A stretch of 64,000 nt of DNA from Gemmatimonadales bacterium. GTDB taxonomy: Bacteria > Gemmatimonadota > Gemmatimonadetes > Gemmatimonadales > GWC2-71-9. The notes under the pieces are model-generated. The model worked only from the letters and a program-made list of their open reading frames with translations, was not told the origin of the DNA and searched no databases. Made by a program: the position numbers and the translations under genes. The stretch spans positions 320,001-384,000 of the forward strand of contig OZ252244.1 in NCBI GenBank assembly GCA_965249575.1, in the 5' to 3' direction. Positions 19,258 to 28,760 of this stretch are shown one piece after another (position 1 is the stretch's first letter; each line of letters opens with the position of its first letter).

Positions 19258-20664
19258 CTAGCTAGTCCTCGGTACCACTCGCGCCCCGTACGGACCGTTC
19301 TCCCAATCCTGCTCACTGGAGATATTCGGCATGTCCCAGTCTTCGCCATTCCACCCATCGAACCCTTCCATCCGGAAGGCCCAGAAACCGGTGTTGTAGT
19401 CGGTCATGACGATCAGGCCATCGGCGTTTCGGACGTCGATATCGGCGGCGCCATTAAACACGCTGGTGCCGTGCGGGTTGCGGACTCCGCCCCATCCAGT
19501 CTGATGCTCGCACTCACAGGTGTAATACCAAGCCACCGTCTTCGGCTTCTTGGGATTGATCATGTTCACGACCTGGAGTCCGTCCTCGAATGAGGCGACG
19601 AACACGTATGGCCAGCGGACATCACTGACGTGCGATGCATCCTGCCAGTCCGCCGTCCACGCCCCGGTCGGGGATGGAATCAAGCCCTGCCGCTCGATGC
19701 CCGGGGCCACTTCGTAGAACATCAGGGGGAAGTACTGCCGCTCGATGTTCCCCACGGCGTAGCGCTGATCCGGGGTGGCAATCATCGTGTGGCCACTCGC
19801 AATGACCCCCGCGCCCGCCGTCATGGACGTGAGGTGCCGCGGTTCTTCCGGTGTCGTCACATCAAAGACGTGAAACCCACCCGTCCCCGCTCCGTAGAGC
19901 CTGTCCTGCCGCGTCGCTGGATCGAACGCGACGTAAGTGTCGTGGTAGCTCGCACCGCGAGTCGATCCATCCTGGGCCCGCACCTGCGTGATGCTCCCGG
20001 GTACCGGCACTCGCCCGATCCAGCCCTGGCTCGGGTCGCGGGCCAGGAATTTCTCCATGTCGTAGACGTTGGCGTGCGGCGCCTGAGGGGTCGTAAACAT
20101 CAGGACTCGGCCATCGGAGTGCTTGTACGGAAAGACATGCGTCACCCGTCGCTGGCCTTCCCCCTGAATGCGTCCCACTTCCTTGATCGTTGAGACATCC
20201 GGTAGCCCGGTGACGTCGAATACCACCGCGCCGAGATTGGGGTCAGGGCTCTCGGGACCGAACGCGACGGCCTTGACGTAGTAATACCGGCCCCGGGCCT
20301 TGAAGTACCGCCCGTTCTCACCCCCGTGACTCGAACCGACGCGTAGCTCGGGGTCGGGGTGACGCCACTCGTACAAGATCTTTGCGTCGGCGGGCTCCGA
20401 CAGGTCGATAATCGTAAAGCCTGCCTGATCGAGCATCCGAACCACGTACGCGTAGGGTCGTGAAAGCTCCGACTCGATCTCCAGTCCGCCTACGCGAAAG
20501 AAACCATTGAGCGGCACCCGTGACATCACTTCGATGCGTGAGCTTCCGCCGGTCTTTACGTCACTGAACTCAGGCACGAGCTGTGCGGACGCCACGGCAG
20601 CGGGTGTCACCACCAATGACATGGCAGCCAGAATCCAGCGCGGACATGTTGCTGGCTTGCTCAT
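19258..20664 (-). CDS. Secreted LVIVD-like beta-propeller protein, paralog 5
   Basis: AGGAGG RBS and ATG at 20664; signal peptide ending ASA-Q; family motifs plus TCECEH. Confidence 0.85.
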   Translation of the reverse strand: MSKPATCPRWILAAMSLVVTPAAVASAQLVPEFSDVKTGGSSRIEVMSRVPLNGFFRVGGLEIESELSRPYAYVVRMLDQAGFTIIDLSEPADAKILYEWRHPDPELRVGSSHGGENGRYFKARGRYYYVKAVAFGPESPDPNLGAVVFDVTGLPDVSTIKEVGRIQGEGQRRVTHVFPYKHSDGRVLMFTTPQAPHANVYDMEKFLARDPSQGWIGRVPVPGSITQVRAQDGSTRGASYHDTYVAFDPATRQDRLYGAGTGGFHVFDVTTPEEPRHLTSMTAGAGVIASGHTMIATPDQRYAVGNIERQYFPLMFYEVAPGIERQGLIPSPTGAWTADWQDASHVSDVRWPYVFVASFEDGLQVVNMINPKKPKTVAWYYTCECEHQTGWGGVRNPHGTSVFNGAADIDVRNADGLIVMTDYNTGFWAFRMEGFDGWNGEDWDMPNISSEQDWENGPYGARVVPRTS

Positions 20665-20924
20665 CTGTCGCATCCTCCTGGACGGGTGTCGGCCTGAACC
20701 GCCGGCCACCGGGACGACCGCACCAGTGCGACGACCACTATTCGCCCGAATATGATCGGTGGTCGAACCTCCGCAAGGCCAGCCCAGGAACACAGGAGAA
20801 CAGGACTCGCGTGACGAGCCACTACGAATCCCTATGAATCGAGTATTGGTAGAGCCTGAAGAGGGGACGAGCGGCCCAACGAACGTCGGGCGGAGGAAAG
20901 AGTTGTCTGTCGGTGCGCCGTGAC

Positions 20925-20958
20925 GCCCGCCGGCCGGCCTGGAGTCCGGCCGGAGGGC
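20925..20958. terminator. GC-rich hairpin downstream of the pilX-like gene
   Basis: GCCC-G-CCGGCCGG / CCGGCCGG-A-GGGC with an 8-nt loop; no U-tract. Confidence 0.3.
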
Positions 20959-20976
20959 TGCCCGGGCAGCGCGCGA

Positions 20977-22775
20977 TCAGGACGGAGGCGTCAGCATTTG
21001 GTAGTACTGCGCCACGTCGAAGCCGACCGGATCCACTTCATAGTAGTGGCCACGCGCGAAATGGCCCGTGGTCGGGAAATAGGGGGCGGGTTGCTGAAGG
21101 CGCATTGATCGTAGGAATACCGTTACAGGTATCCGTACCCACTGCTCAGTCCCACCGGTCCCCGTTCCTTCTGAATAATGCCACCCGTGAGGAACAGGCA
21201 CCCGCGGCCCCAATTCGTGGGTCCGCAGTCCTGAGCGCTGTTCGAGCCGAGCCAGAAGTTCTCGACCCAGAAGTAGCGAAGCGCCAGCACGACCCCCTGA
21301 AAGAACTCATCGGAGGTATCGTCATACGTGCGGTACCCAGCAGTTCCTGAGGTCGACCGCGACGGAGGGTTGAGGGTGTTGTCCGCCACGACGACGTCGA
21401 TCCCAGAGAACACGCCCATGATGTCCTGGCAGGTTCCGCTCGACGGGTCGGTAACGTAGGTGATGTCGTCCGGGAAAATGATGTTGCCGGTCCCGGCGAC
21501 AGTGACCTGGCCGCGGAGGCGGCCACTGATCGCCGCCTTGCCGTCAATGTAGATCACGCCCTTGAAGTTGGGATTGAACTGCCGGTTGATGGGGAACAGG
21601 TAGGCGGCGTCCCCGATGGCCGCGCGAGCGTTGCTGACCAGCGGATCCACGACGCCCGGCCACAGCAGCCACTGCCCGCGTCCGTCGTTGGCGATGAAGG
21701 CGCCATTGGGATTGGCGGCGTCCGAGTTGAGCGTGTCGTTGCCGCCCAAGAAACACCGGGCCGGTTCGACGGTGCCAACGAAGGCTTCATACGCGTGTAT
21801 CAATCCCAACGATCCGACATGGGTGGTTGGCGCACGGCCGGGTAACTACGGGAAACCGGGGGCTCAGAGATTCGCGTCACTGCGGCCACATGACCGGTGT
21901 GAAACCACCCGAACTACTTCAGGTCCGCGAACGACCACAACAATACCGGATCCCAACGGCGATCATAACAGAGCAGCCGTTACGACCAACAACTTCCCGT
22001 CGCCGTCGATGTCCACGGGCATGAATTCGATGCGCAGCGTCGCTTCACCCGCGTTGCCCGCGCCGAGACTTCCCACGAACGCCGTTCCACCCGCTTGAGC
22101 CTGCTTCTTGAGCTTCAGCAGGTCCGCGGTCTGCGGCATGCCGATGTAGGGACCGTTCTCCGTATACCCCTGCGCGAAGGTACCGTACTGTTTTCCCTGA
22201 ATGGTCTTCGCGGTCGTGACCGGCCCGAAGAAGCTCGCCCCGGACGAGTAGATCTTCAGGTAGTCGTTGGTGTGCACGGGCCCGAAGATGGCATCGCCGC
22301 CGCCGAAGGAGATGTTGGACGGCTCGACGTCGGTGAAGTAGGCGTATTTCGCAAAGCTCTCCTGAACGACCTCACCACGACGGATGATCCGGTTCCCCGC
22401 TTGGTCCTCCACGACGCTCCCGAAAACGCCATACTGCCCGGACGTAATGCCTGTGGGCCCGACGTACAGCGAACGCAGAACGCCCGGAATGACGACACCG
22501 CTGGCGTCCTTGACCGGGGCGCCGCTCTCGAGCGCCGCGTAGAGCGATTCGGGGTAGAGGGCGGCGTTACCGTTGATCACCGATCGGGCTTCCTCGAGGC
22601 CGGCGTCGGCCGCGACTACCAAAACGCTCTGGCGCTTGGCATAGGCGTTGATGAGCGTCGTGTTCGAGCTCACCAACGCCGCCCCAGCTGAAATCACCGC
22701 CACCACGAGCGCCACAAGCAGCACGGTGACGAGCGCGATGCCCCGTTCGTTCTCAATTCGATTGACTGTTCTCAT
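20977..22775 (-). pseudogene. PilX-like minor pilin / pilus assembly protein, interrupted (real decay or assembly error)
   Basis: Prepilin-like N-terminus ERG|IALVTVLL...ADAGLE. Split over ORFs 21963-22775, 21123-21809 and 20977-21213. In-frame TAA at 21123-21125 (GYL*RYSYD), frameshift in a C run just before YFPTTG, and a garbled stretch at about 21810-21990. Confidence 0.75.
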
Positions 22776-22792
22776 CGTATCCTCCTACGCGC

Positions 22793-23965
22793 TCACGGAA
22801 TGGTGAGTGGCCCAGCCGTCGCGAGCTGCGACTCAAGCGGGGTGCAGTCTTGCGCTGCGAGCGCGTACATGTACGTGTCGCCGGGTGTCACGACCTGGTC
22901 GGTATACGAGTATGCGGCAACCCCGGCGGGAATGCTCACATACGGATCGCCCCAGTTGAGATCGGCCTGCAGGCGGCGCCAGATCACATATCGGATCACG
23001 TCCTTCTCGCCACCGGTCTCGTCGGTCGCCGGATTCCACGCCAGGGCCACAGCGGGCGCACCGCCGGGAAGAGTGATCACCCCCGCGACGAGCGCGGCGC
23101 CCAGTATCGGCTCGTCGCCGCACGTGCTCCGGCTGGCCAGTCCAGCGTTCGGCATCCGGACCAGTCGCGTAATGGCACGCGTCCGCTCATCGGCCCCGGT
23201 GCGGCCGTTGGTCGCCGTGAAGTTGACCCGAACACCCCGTAGGCTATCGATGCGGGCATTGATCGCAGTATCACCGGGGGAGAGGTGAACGGGTACCCGA
23301 TGCGCGAGTGGGAGCCAGCCTGCCGGAACTGGCTGAATCCCCAGCGGAGCCGCAAAGGGCGCCACGAGCCGGAAGTACTCGAAGAACGGCAAACCAGAAG
23401 TCTGCAGCAGGTTGCGTGACACGACCTCGGGCTTCAGGTGGTTGATCTGACGAAACAGAACGTAGTCGTCCGTTCGGGCGGTCGAGGTGTCCGGATCGAA
23501 GAAGAACGTGATCGTTTCCGCACGGCTGTTCGTACCGCCGAAGCCCAGATACGTCGTGTCTGGATAGGCGAACGCCGTGCCGGTAAGCACCGCCCGCTCT
23601 CCCTGGGTCAACGCGGTCACGCTGCCGAGCGGCGCATCGGGATCGAAGTAGGTGGCGAACGGATCGTTAGCCACGTTCGTGGTGTAGTCGGCGTTGAACG
23701 CGAGGGCCGCCGCGCCCGCATAAACCAGAAATGGCTGATTGTCGGGGACGCCCGAGCCAACCGTGCGAAGATCCTTTCCGAGCGTGTTGGCCGCATAGCG
23801 CATGTTCTGCAATATCGCGGCGCGGTCGGTACCCATCGCGTAACCGCGCGATTGCGAGCGCAGGAAGCTCAGGGCGCCCGCCATGACCATGCCAAAGATC
23901 GTCAGCGCCAGGAGCATCTCGATCAACGTCATGCCGCGCTTGGCGGCGAGCTGTTTTTGGTTCAC
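22793..23965 (-). CDS. PilW-like prepilin-type protein with C-terminal fibronectin type III-like domain
   Basis: Methylation motif KRG|MTLIEML, DLRTVG; C-terminal LAW...Y.IWRR...YTD..V.PG..Y.Y pattern. Confidence 0.85.
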   Translation of the reverse strand: MNQKQLAAKRGMTLIEMLLALTIFGMVMAGALSFLRSQSRGYAMGTDRAAILQNMRYAANTLGKDLRTVGSGVPDNQPFLVYAGAAALAFNADYTTNVANDPFATYFDPDAPLGSVTALTQGERAVLTGTAFAYPDTTYLGFGGTNSRAETITFFFDPDTSTARTDDYVLFRQINHLKPEVVSRNLLQTSGLPFFEYFRLVAPFAAPLGIQPVPAGWLPLAHRVPVHLSPGDTAINARIDSLRGVRVNFTATNGRTGADERTRAITRLVRMPNAGLASRSTCGDEPILGAALVAGVITLPGGAPAVALAWNPATDETGGEKDVIRYVIWRRLQADLNWGDPYVSIPAGVAAYSYTDQVVTPGDTYMYALAAQDCTPLESQLATAGPLTIP

Positions 23966-24363
23966 GGTGCCGCCACGGTGACGCTCCGCGAGACCGGATT
24001 GCTCAGCCCGGGCCCGTTGATCGTCACCTGAATGAGTTTGTGGTCCGTGGCCTGACCAAGCCCACCGACGCGCGAGATGTCGGTCAGGCGCGTGTATCCT
24101 GTAAGCGTGGGCAAGTTTGATTCCGTGCCGACATAGACTGTATCGAGCCCACCGTAGTTGGGATCCATCTGGATCTGCTCGATGCGATCTTCGGCTAACT
24201 GAATCGCTGCCGTCTCTCGGTCGCTGATGGAGACCACGCGCATGAAATTGCCCGTCGCGGAGGTGATCCCCATGATGACGACCGTGAGGATCACGAGCGC
24301 CAGCACGACCTCGAGGATCGTGAATCCCCGCTGATCCTTCGGCGGAGGTAGTCGTGGTTTCAT
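23962..24363 (-). CDS. PilV-like prepilin-type protein
   Basis: QRG|FTILEVVLAL motif, A.QLAEDRIE. ATG at 24363 just after the fimT-like stop. Confidence 0.85.
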   Translation of the reverse strand: MKPRLPPPKDQRGFTILEVVLALVILTVVIMGITSATGNFMRVVSISDRETAAIQLAEDRIEQIQMDPNYGGLDTVYVGTESNLPTLTGYTRLTDISRVGGLGQATDHKLIQVTINGPGLSNPVSRSVTVAAP

Positions 24364-24364
24364 C

Positions 24365-24960
24365 TCAAAAGCCCCTCGTCCAGTTCGGCGACGTGTAGCG
24401 GTACCAGGTCGCCCGCCCCGTCGCCCGTTCGATCTCAATGGCGCGGGCATCGGTCGGCCGCGTGCCGGAATCGGCGGCGCGGCGGGAGGTGAGGTAGAAC
24501 CCTCCTTCTTCGCTCGCACTTCCGCTCCGGCGGAAGATCAACGCCGGCAGGCCGCCGACGGTCTTCGCGAAGTTGATGGCTCCGGAGCCCATCGGCCGGG
24601 CCGGGGCCGTGGACCGGCCGAAGACGACCTTGTCCCCGAGCGGCACCGACCGAACCCGCTCGGTCCCACCGAGTTGTCCGTCGTTGTTCGCGTCTTCGTG
24701 CATGCGAATCGCGGCATTTGGCCACGTCGAAAGTAAGGATGACGTCGTGCTGTCTCGTCACAGCCAACGCGTTGGGCCGCGAGCAGCGTCGTGCCGACGC
24801 CCTGCATGGCCGGTTTCGGCCTGGTACCGCGCGATGTCGATCCTCGGGAGGGATATCGCCGGAACCCTGCGGTAGACTTGGTCGGAAGAAAACGTGGTAC
24901 CATCATGGGCGACGAGACCGATGATCGCCATCACGATCACGAGCTCGACGAGCGTGTTGG
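24365..24960 (-). pseudogene. FimT/GspH-like minor pilin, multiply frameshifted at the 5' end
   Basis: Fragments in different frames join into TLVELVIVMAIIGLVA..ISLPRIDIARYQ..AMQGVGTTLLAAQR.AVTRQHDVILTFD..RMHEDANNDG..LIFRRSGSAS..IERATGR. The start codon cannot be recovered. Confidence 0.75.
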
Positions 24961-25094
24961 GTACGCGATCCTTCGAGAGACGGCTGGGCTACCGGGGGCA
25001 GCGCAGATGTTATCGTGTGACCAGAAACCCAGGGCCTCGTCGGCGGGCCCGGGAGCCGAGTCAATGATGGCTCATCCCGCCGGCAAAGAGGCTG

Positions 25095-25174
25095 TCCGAG
25101 AAAGGCAAACCATGGGCGACTATGGGACGCAAAGCCACGGGTCTCTTCTTTTGAGAATACCCGCGGTGATCGGA
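25095..25174 (+). ncRNA. Cyclic dinucleotide riboswitch, GEMM-I class (c-di-GMP-I / c-AMP-GMP variant)
   Basis: AAAGGCAAA-CCATGG-GCGA-CTATGG-GACGCAAAGCCACGGGTCTC...GAGA matches the GEMM consensus (GGCAAAC, GNRA-capped P2, GGACGCAAAGCC, P3). TCCGA/TCGGA can close the fold. The 3' strand of P3 is atypical. Confidence 0.85.
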
Positions 25175-25325
25175 GACACAAGGGGGGGACGGCCCCGTCT
25201 GGGCCTGAACTCACGATGCAGGGCCAATTTACACGGTGGTACCACGCCGCGAAGCGCCCCGCATCACGACGGGCGTGTGACGTGCCGCACATGCCCGCGG
25301 GACGACGCCGATCGGCCGGATCGCG

Positions 25326-26663
25326 CTACAACAGCCCGATTCCGCCCAGCAGGATGAGCGTCACCGCAGCCGGGATGAGGAACTTCACGAACGGTTTCCA
25401 CAGCACCGACACCTTGACCAGGCCAGCGCCCACGTTCGTTTCCTGCTGGAACTTGTCGAATCCCCACACGATGGACGTGTAGAGCGCCAGCGCCAGCGCG
25501 CCGGCCGGAAGCGCGTAGCTGCCCGAGATGGTGTCGATCAGCACGAAGAGATCCATCCCGGCCACTTGGATGTGGGACCAAGGACCCTGTGAGAGGACGA
25601 TCGGAATGGACGCAACCCCGAGTCCGCCGAGTATCGTCCACACGGCCCGCCGCCGGGTCCATCCGACGAGGTCGATCAACGTTCCGACTAAGACCTCGAG
25701 CAGGGCGACGGCCGAGGTGACGCCGGCCAGCATGAGCAGAAGGAAGAACAGGCTCCCAACCCACTGTCCAGCCGGCATCTGATCGAACAGGTTCGTCATG
25801 GTCACGAACACGAGGCCCGCGCCCGAGTCCGGCTCGAGACCGAACGCGAAGATCGCCGGGAAAATGACGAACCCCGCCAGCAGCGCCGCCGTCACATCGA
25901 ACGCGACGACGATGGCCGCGTTACCCGGCACGTCGCTGTCGGTGGAGAGATAGCTCCCGAAGCCAAATGCGGCGGCCATCCCAATACCGATCGAGAAAAA
26001 CGATTGGCCGAGGGCGGTCAGGATCACTGCGCCGTCGACCTTAGAGAAATCGGGGTACAGGTACCATACCAGACCCTCGGCGGATCCCGGGAGGGAAACC
26101 GACCGGATCGCGAGCGCGATCAAGAGCACGAACAGGAGCGGCATCAGCACCTTGGCGACGCGCTCGACACCCTTTTGCACACCCCCGCTGACGATCAACC
26201 CCGACATGATGAATATCGGGATGCAATACAGGAACACCTGGCCCGAGTCGGCGACGAAACCGGTGAACGCTGCATCGAACGATTCCACGCCCCGGAACTG
26301 CCCTAGAGCGGTCTTGACGAAGTACGCCAGGACCCAACCAATCAGCATCATGTAGTAGGACATGATCAGGACCGCAGCCGCGAGCCCGAACCAGGCAATC
26401 AGATTCCACCCACTCGTCCTCCCCCCCGTCAGCTTGAACATTCCGGCGATCGGCGTGAGCCCAGCCTTCCTTCCGAGGCTGATCTCGGCCGAGAGGAGCG
26501 GAATACCAATCAAGATGCTGCAAGCCAGATACACGACGAGAAACGCGCCTCCGCCGTTGCTTCCGACGACATAGGAAAACCGCCAGACATTGCCGAGCCC
26601 CACAGCGAAACCTGCGGTCGCCATAATGAACCCGAACCGACTGCCCCACTTCTCTCGCGTCAT
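25326..26663 (-). CDS. Sodium-dependent transporter, NSS/SNF (LeuT-like) family
   Basis: Motifs REKWGSRFGF, AVGLGNVWRF, NGGGAFL, ALGQSFFS; multiple TM segments. Confidence 0.95.
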   Translation of the reverse strand: MTREKWGSRFGFIMATAGFAVGLGNVWRFSYVVGSNGGGAFLVVYLACSILIGIPLLSAEISLGRKAGLTPIAGMFKLTGGRTSGWNLIAWFGLAAAVLIMSYYMMLIGWVLAYFVKTALGQFRGVESFDAAFTGFVADSGQVFLYCIPIFIMSGLIVSGGVQKGVERVAKVLMPLLFVLLIALAIRSVSLPGSAEGLVWYLYPDFSKVDGAVILTALGQSFFSIGIGMAAAFGFGSYLSTDSDVPGNAAIVVAFDVTAALLAGFVIFPAIFAFGLEPDSGAGLVFVTMTNLFDQMPAGQWVGSLFFLLLMLAGVTSAVALLEVLVGTLIDLVGWTRRRAVWTILGGLGVASIPIVLSQGPWSHIQVAGMDLFVLIDTISGSYALPAGALALALYTSIVWGFDKFQQETNVGAGLVKVSVLWKPFVKFLIPAAVTLILLGGIGLL

Positions 26664-26801
26664 CTGGGCATCCCTTTAATCGAGTGTCTTGGAAGTGCTG
26701 AGCGTTCCCTCGTGCGGCTCGCGAGCCCGCCAATACTGACACCTGGCCGCTGGGGTTGCAACCATCCACGCGCTCGGGTGCACCGGTGCAGAGTGTCTAG
26801 A

Positions 26802-28031
26802 TCACTCGACAATCGCGTCGAGCACGAGGCTGATGAAGTCGTCGAGCACGCGATTCTGCAACCACCGAACGACGATGACAAGTTCGTGTTCCGGATCGAC
26901 CCAGATGGCGTGCACGGCATCGCCCACCCCGCCGGCATGGAAGTAACTCGTTTCCGGCGCACTCGGGAGTCGCTCCCGATCGGTGTTCAGCATGAAGTTC
27001 ATGTACCCGTATGTCACATTGGCGGAGCCCGGAGTGGTCACGCGCTGAAGCCACTCTTCGGAAAAGACTCTGTGGCCGCGCCAGAGTCCCCGGCGAAGGC
27101 ATAGCAAGCCGAACCGGGCGTGATCCAGGGAGTGGATCCACATCCCTCCTCCCCAGTGCCCACCACCGGCGACGGATTGCATCTCCAGGCCGTCGATCGT
27201 CACCCACGAATTACGATACCCATGCCAGCGCCAGGTGGTCGACGCGCCGATGGGATCCATCACGTGCTCCTTCAACACCTGCGGGAGTGGCCGCCGCCAA
27301 ACATGGAGCGCCGCGAGTGCCAGCAGGTTGACGCGAACGTCGTTGTACTTGAAGTAGGTGCCGGGTTCGCGCATCTCCCGCCGGTGGTGGTCCCACTTGT
27401 CCCCTAGCGGGCGGTCGGCCCAGTCAGGTTTGTCCCACAACACCCCAGACCAGTCCGAAGTCTGGTTGAGCAGGTGATGCCAGGTGATTCTCGAGTTGTG
27501 ATCGGAGTCAAAGCTGCCGTCGTGGACGTAGTCACCGACTGGATCGTGCACATCGCGGATGAGACCTCCGTCCACTGCGATCCCGACCATCGTCGACAGG
27601 TAGCTCTTGGTCGCACTGAATGTCATGTCCACGCGATTCAGGTCGCCCCACTCAGCCACCACGTATCCGTTCCGGACGAGCACTCCGTTGACTCCGCCGA
27701 CCCGCGGCCGGGTGGGACCTACGATTTCGTTGTGCGGCTCCCCCGCGATGTCCGCATAAATACTGACTTCCATATCGTGGGGAGTCTGGCTCTCGTGGGA
27801 CGTCGCGAACGCGACAGCCGCCGCTAGCGCCGCGGAGTCCAACCCGACGTCCTCGGCTCGACGTCGCTCCCAGTCGCCGTGAGGCCCCGGATAGTAGACC
27901 GCCTGCTCGGAGGCGCGTTGCGTCGTCACCTCACGCCATTCTGGAGTCTCGGCGCTCAGTGCGTGCCCGCTCGTACCGAGGGCTAGCAGGAGCGACAGTG
28001 CCCGGCGAATCGACTCGGCCTTCCGCTGCAT
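26802..28031 (-). CDS. Serine hydrolase, beta-lactamase-like family
   Basis: Signal peptide, SxxK motif (FSATKS), LLNQTS, GGGHWGGG. Confidence 0.88.
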   Translation of the reverse strand: MQRKAESIRRALSLLLALGTSGHALSAETPEWREVTTQRASEQAVYYPGPHGDWERRRAEDVGLDSAALAAAVAFATSHESQTPHDMEVSIYADIAGEPHNEIVGPTRPRVGGVNGVLVRNGYVVAEWGDLNRVDMTFSATKSYLSTMVGIAVDGGLIRDVHDPVGDYVHDGSFDSDHNSRITWHHLLNQTSDWSGVLWDKPDWADRPLGDKWDHHRREMREPGTYFKYNDVRVNLLALAALHVWRRPLPQVLKEHVMDPIGASTTWRWHGYRNSWVTIDGLEMQSVAGGGHWGGGMWIHSLDHARFGLLCLRRGLWRGHRVFSEEWLQRVTTPGSANVTYGYMNFMLNTDRERLPSAPETSYFHAGGVGDAVHAIWVDPEHELVIVVRWLQNRVLDDFISLVLDAIVE

Positions 28032-28089
28032 CACTTGACCTCCCACGATAGTGCGACGCTGCCGTTGTTCGCTTCGTGAATCGCAACCA

Positions 28090-28506
28090 CTACGTTCGGC
28101 GCGCCCCCACGAAATCCACAGGCCATCGCAGCGTGAAGTCCCAGGGCTCGCTCCCCTCCGGTTCGACGATCGTGAGATCAGCGATGGCCTGGGTCACACA
28201 CTCGGTGAGCGACGGGTCGGCGGTCGTGTTCGAATCGACCCCCGGCACAAGCCGCCCCTTTCCACCTCGAATGCGATAGACGATCGTGCCCTCGACCGGA
28301 CCTCGGAGCCGGAGCGCACGGGCGAAGCAGGCCTCGAATCGGGGGTGGAGCTGCAGCAGTTGACGCGCCAGGTAGTCTCGATCGACGGTCCCTTCGAGTG
28401 CGAGAGACCCGAACTTCACACTGCCGAACACTGGACCCCGCCCACAGCTTCCCGACGTCAGCCCGCACCCCACCGCTGCAATGACGAGTAACACCCGCGA
28501 CGTCAC
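28090..28506 (-). CDS. Exported protein with AgmX/PglI C-terminal (TonB-C-like) domain
   Basis: GGAGG RBS and GTG at 28506; hydrophobic leader with Cys; ACF..AL.....GTI...D..L.ECV pattern. Confidence 0.6.
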   Translation of the reverse strand: MTSRVLLVIAAVGCGLTSGSCGRGPVFGSVKFGSLALEGTVDRDYLARQLLQLHPRFEACFARALRLRGPVEGTIVYRIRGGKGRLVPGVDSNTTADPSLTECVTQAIADLTIVEPEGSEPWDFTLRWPVDFVGARRT

Positions 28507-28760
28507 CCGCTTCAACCTCCCGCGACTGGCAGTTCGGTGTGATCCTCTAGAACACCAGATCCTACGGTACCCGACGGGATCATGGGACACAACTGCCATT
28601 TCGATAGGAAAACGTGGCGTCCAGCCACCACTTGTCCTGTTCGTGACTCCGGGATAGGATCTGTCGTCGCCCTTCCCACGAACCAAGAGAAGCGATATCA
28701 ACTTGTCGCGACCCCACCCGGGGGTTGTCGAGGGCCCCCACGACTCGGAGTGCGCTCACG

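Noticed and set aside
21123..21125. Programmed stop-codon readthrough in pilX
   Set aside because: It is a TAA codon surrounded by other indels, so error or decay is the simpler explanation.
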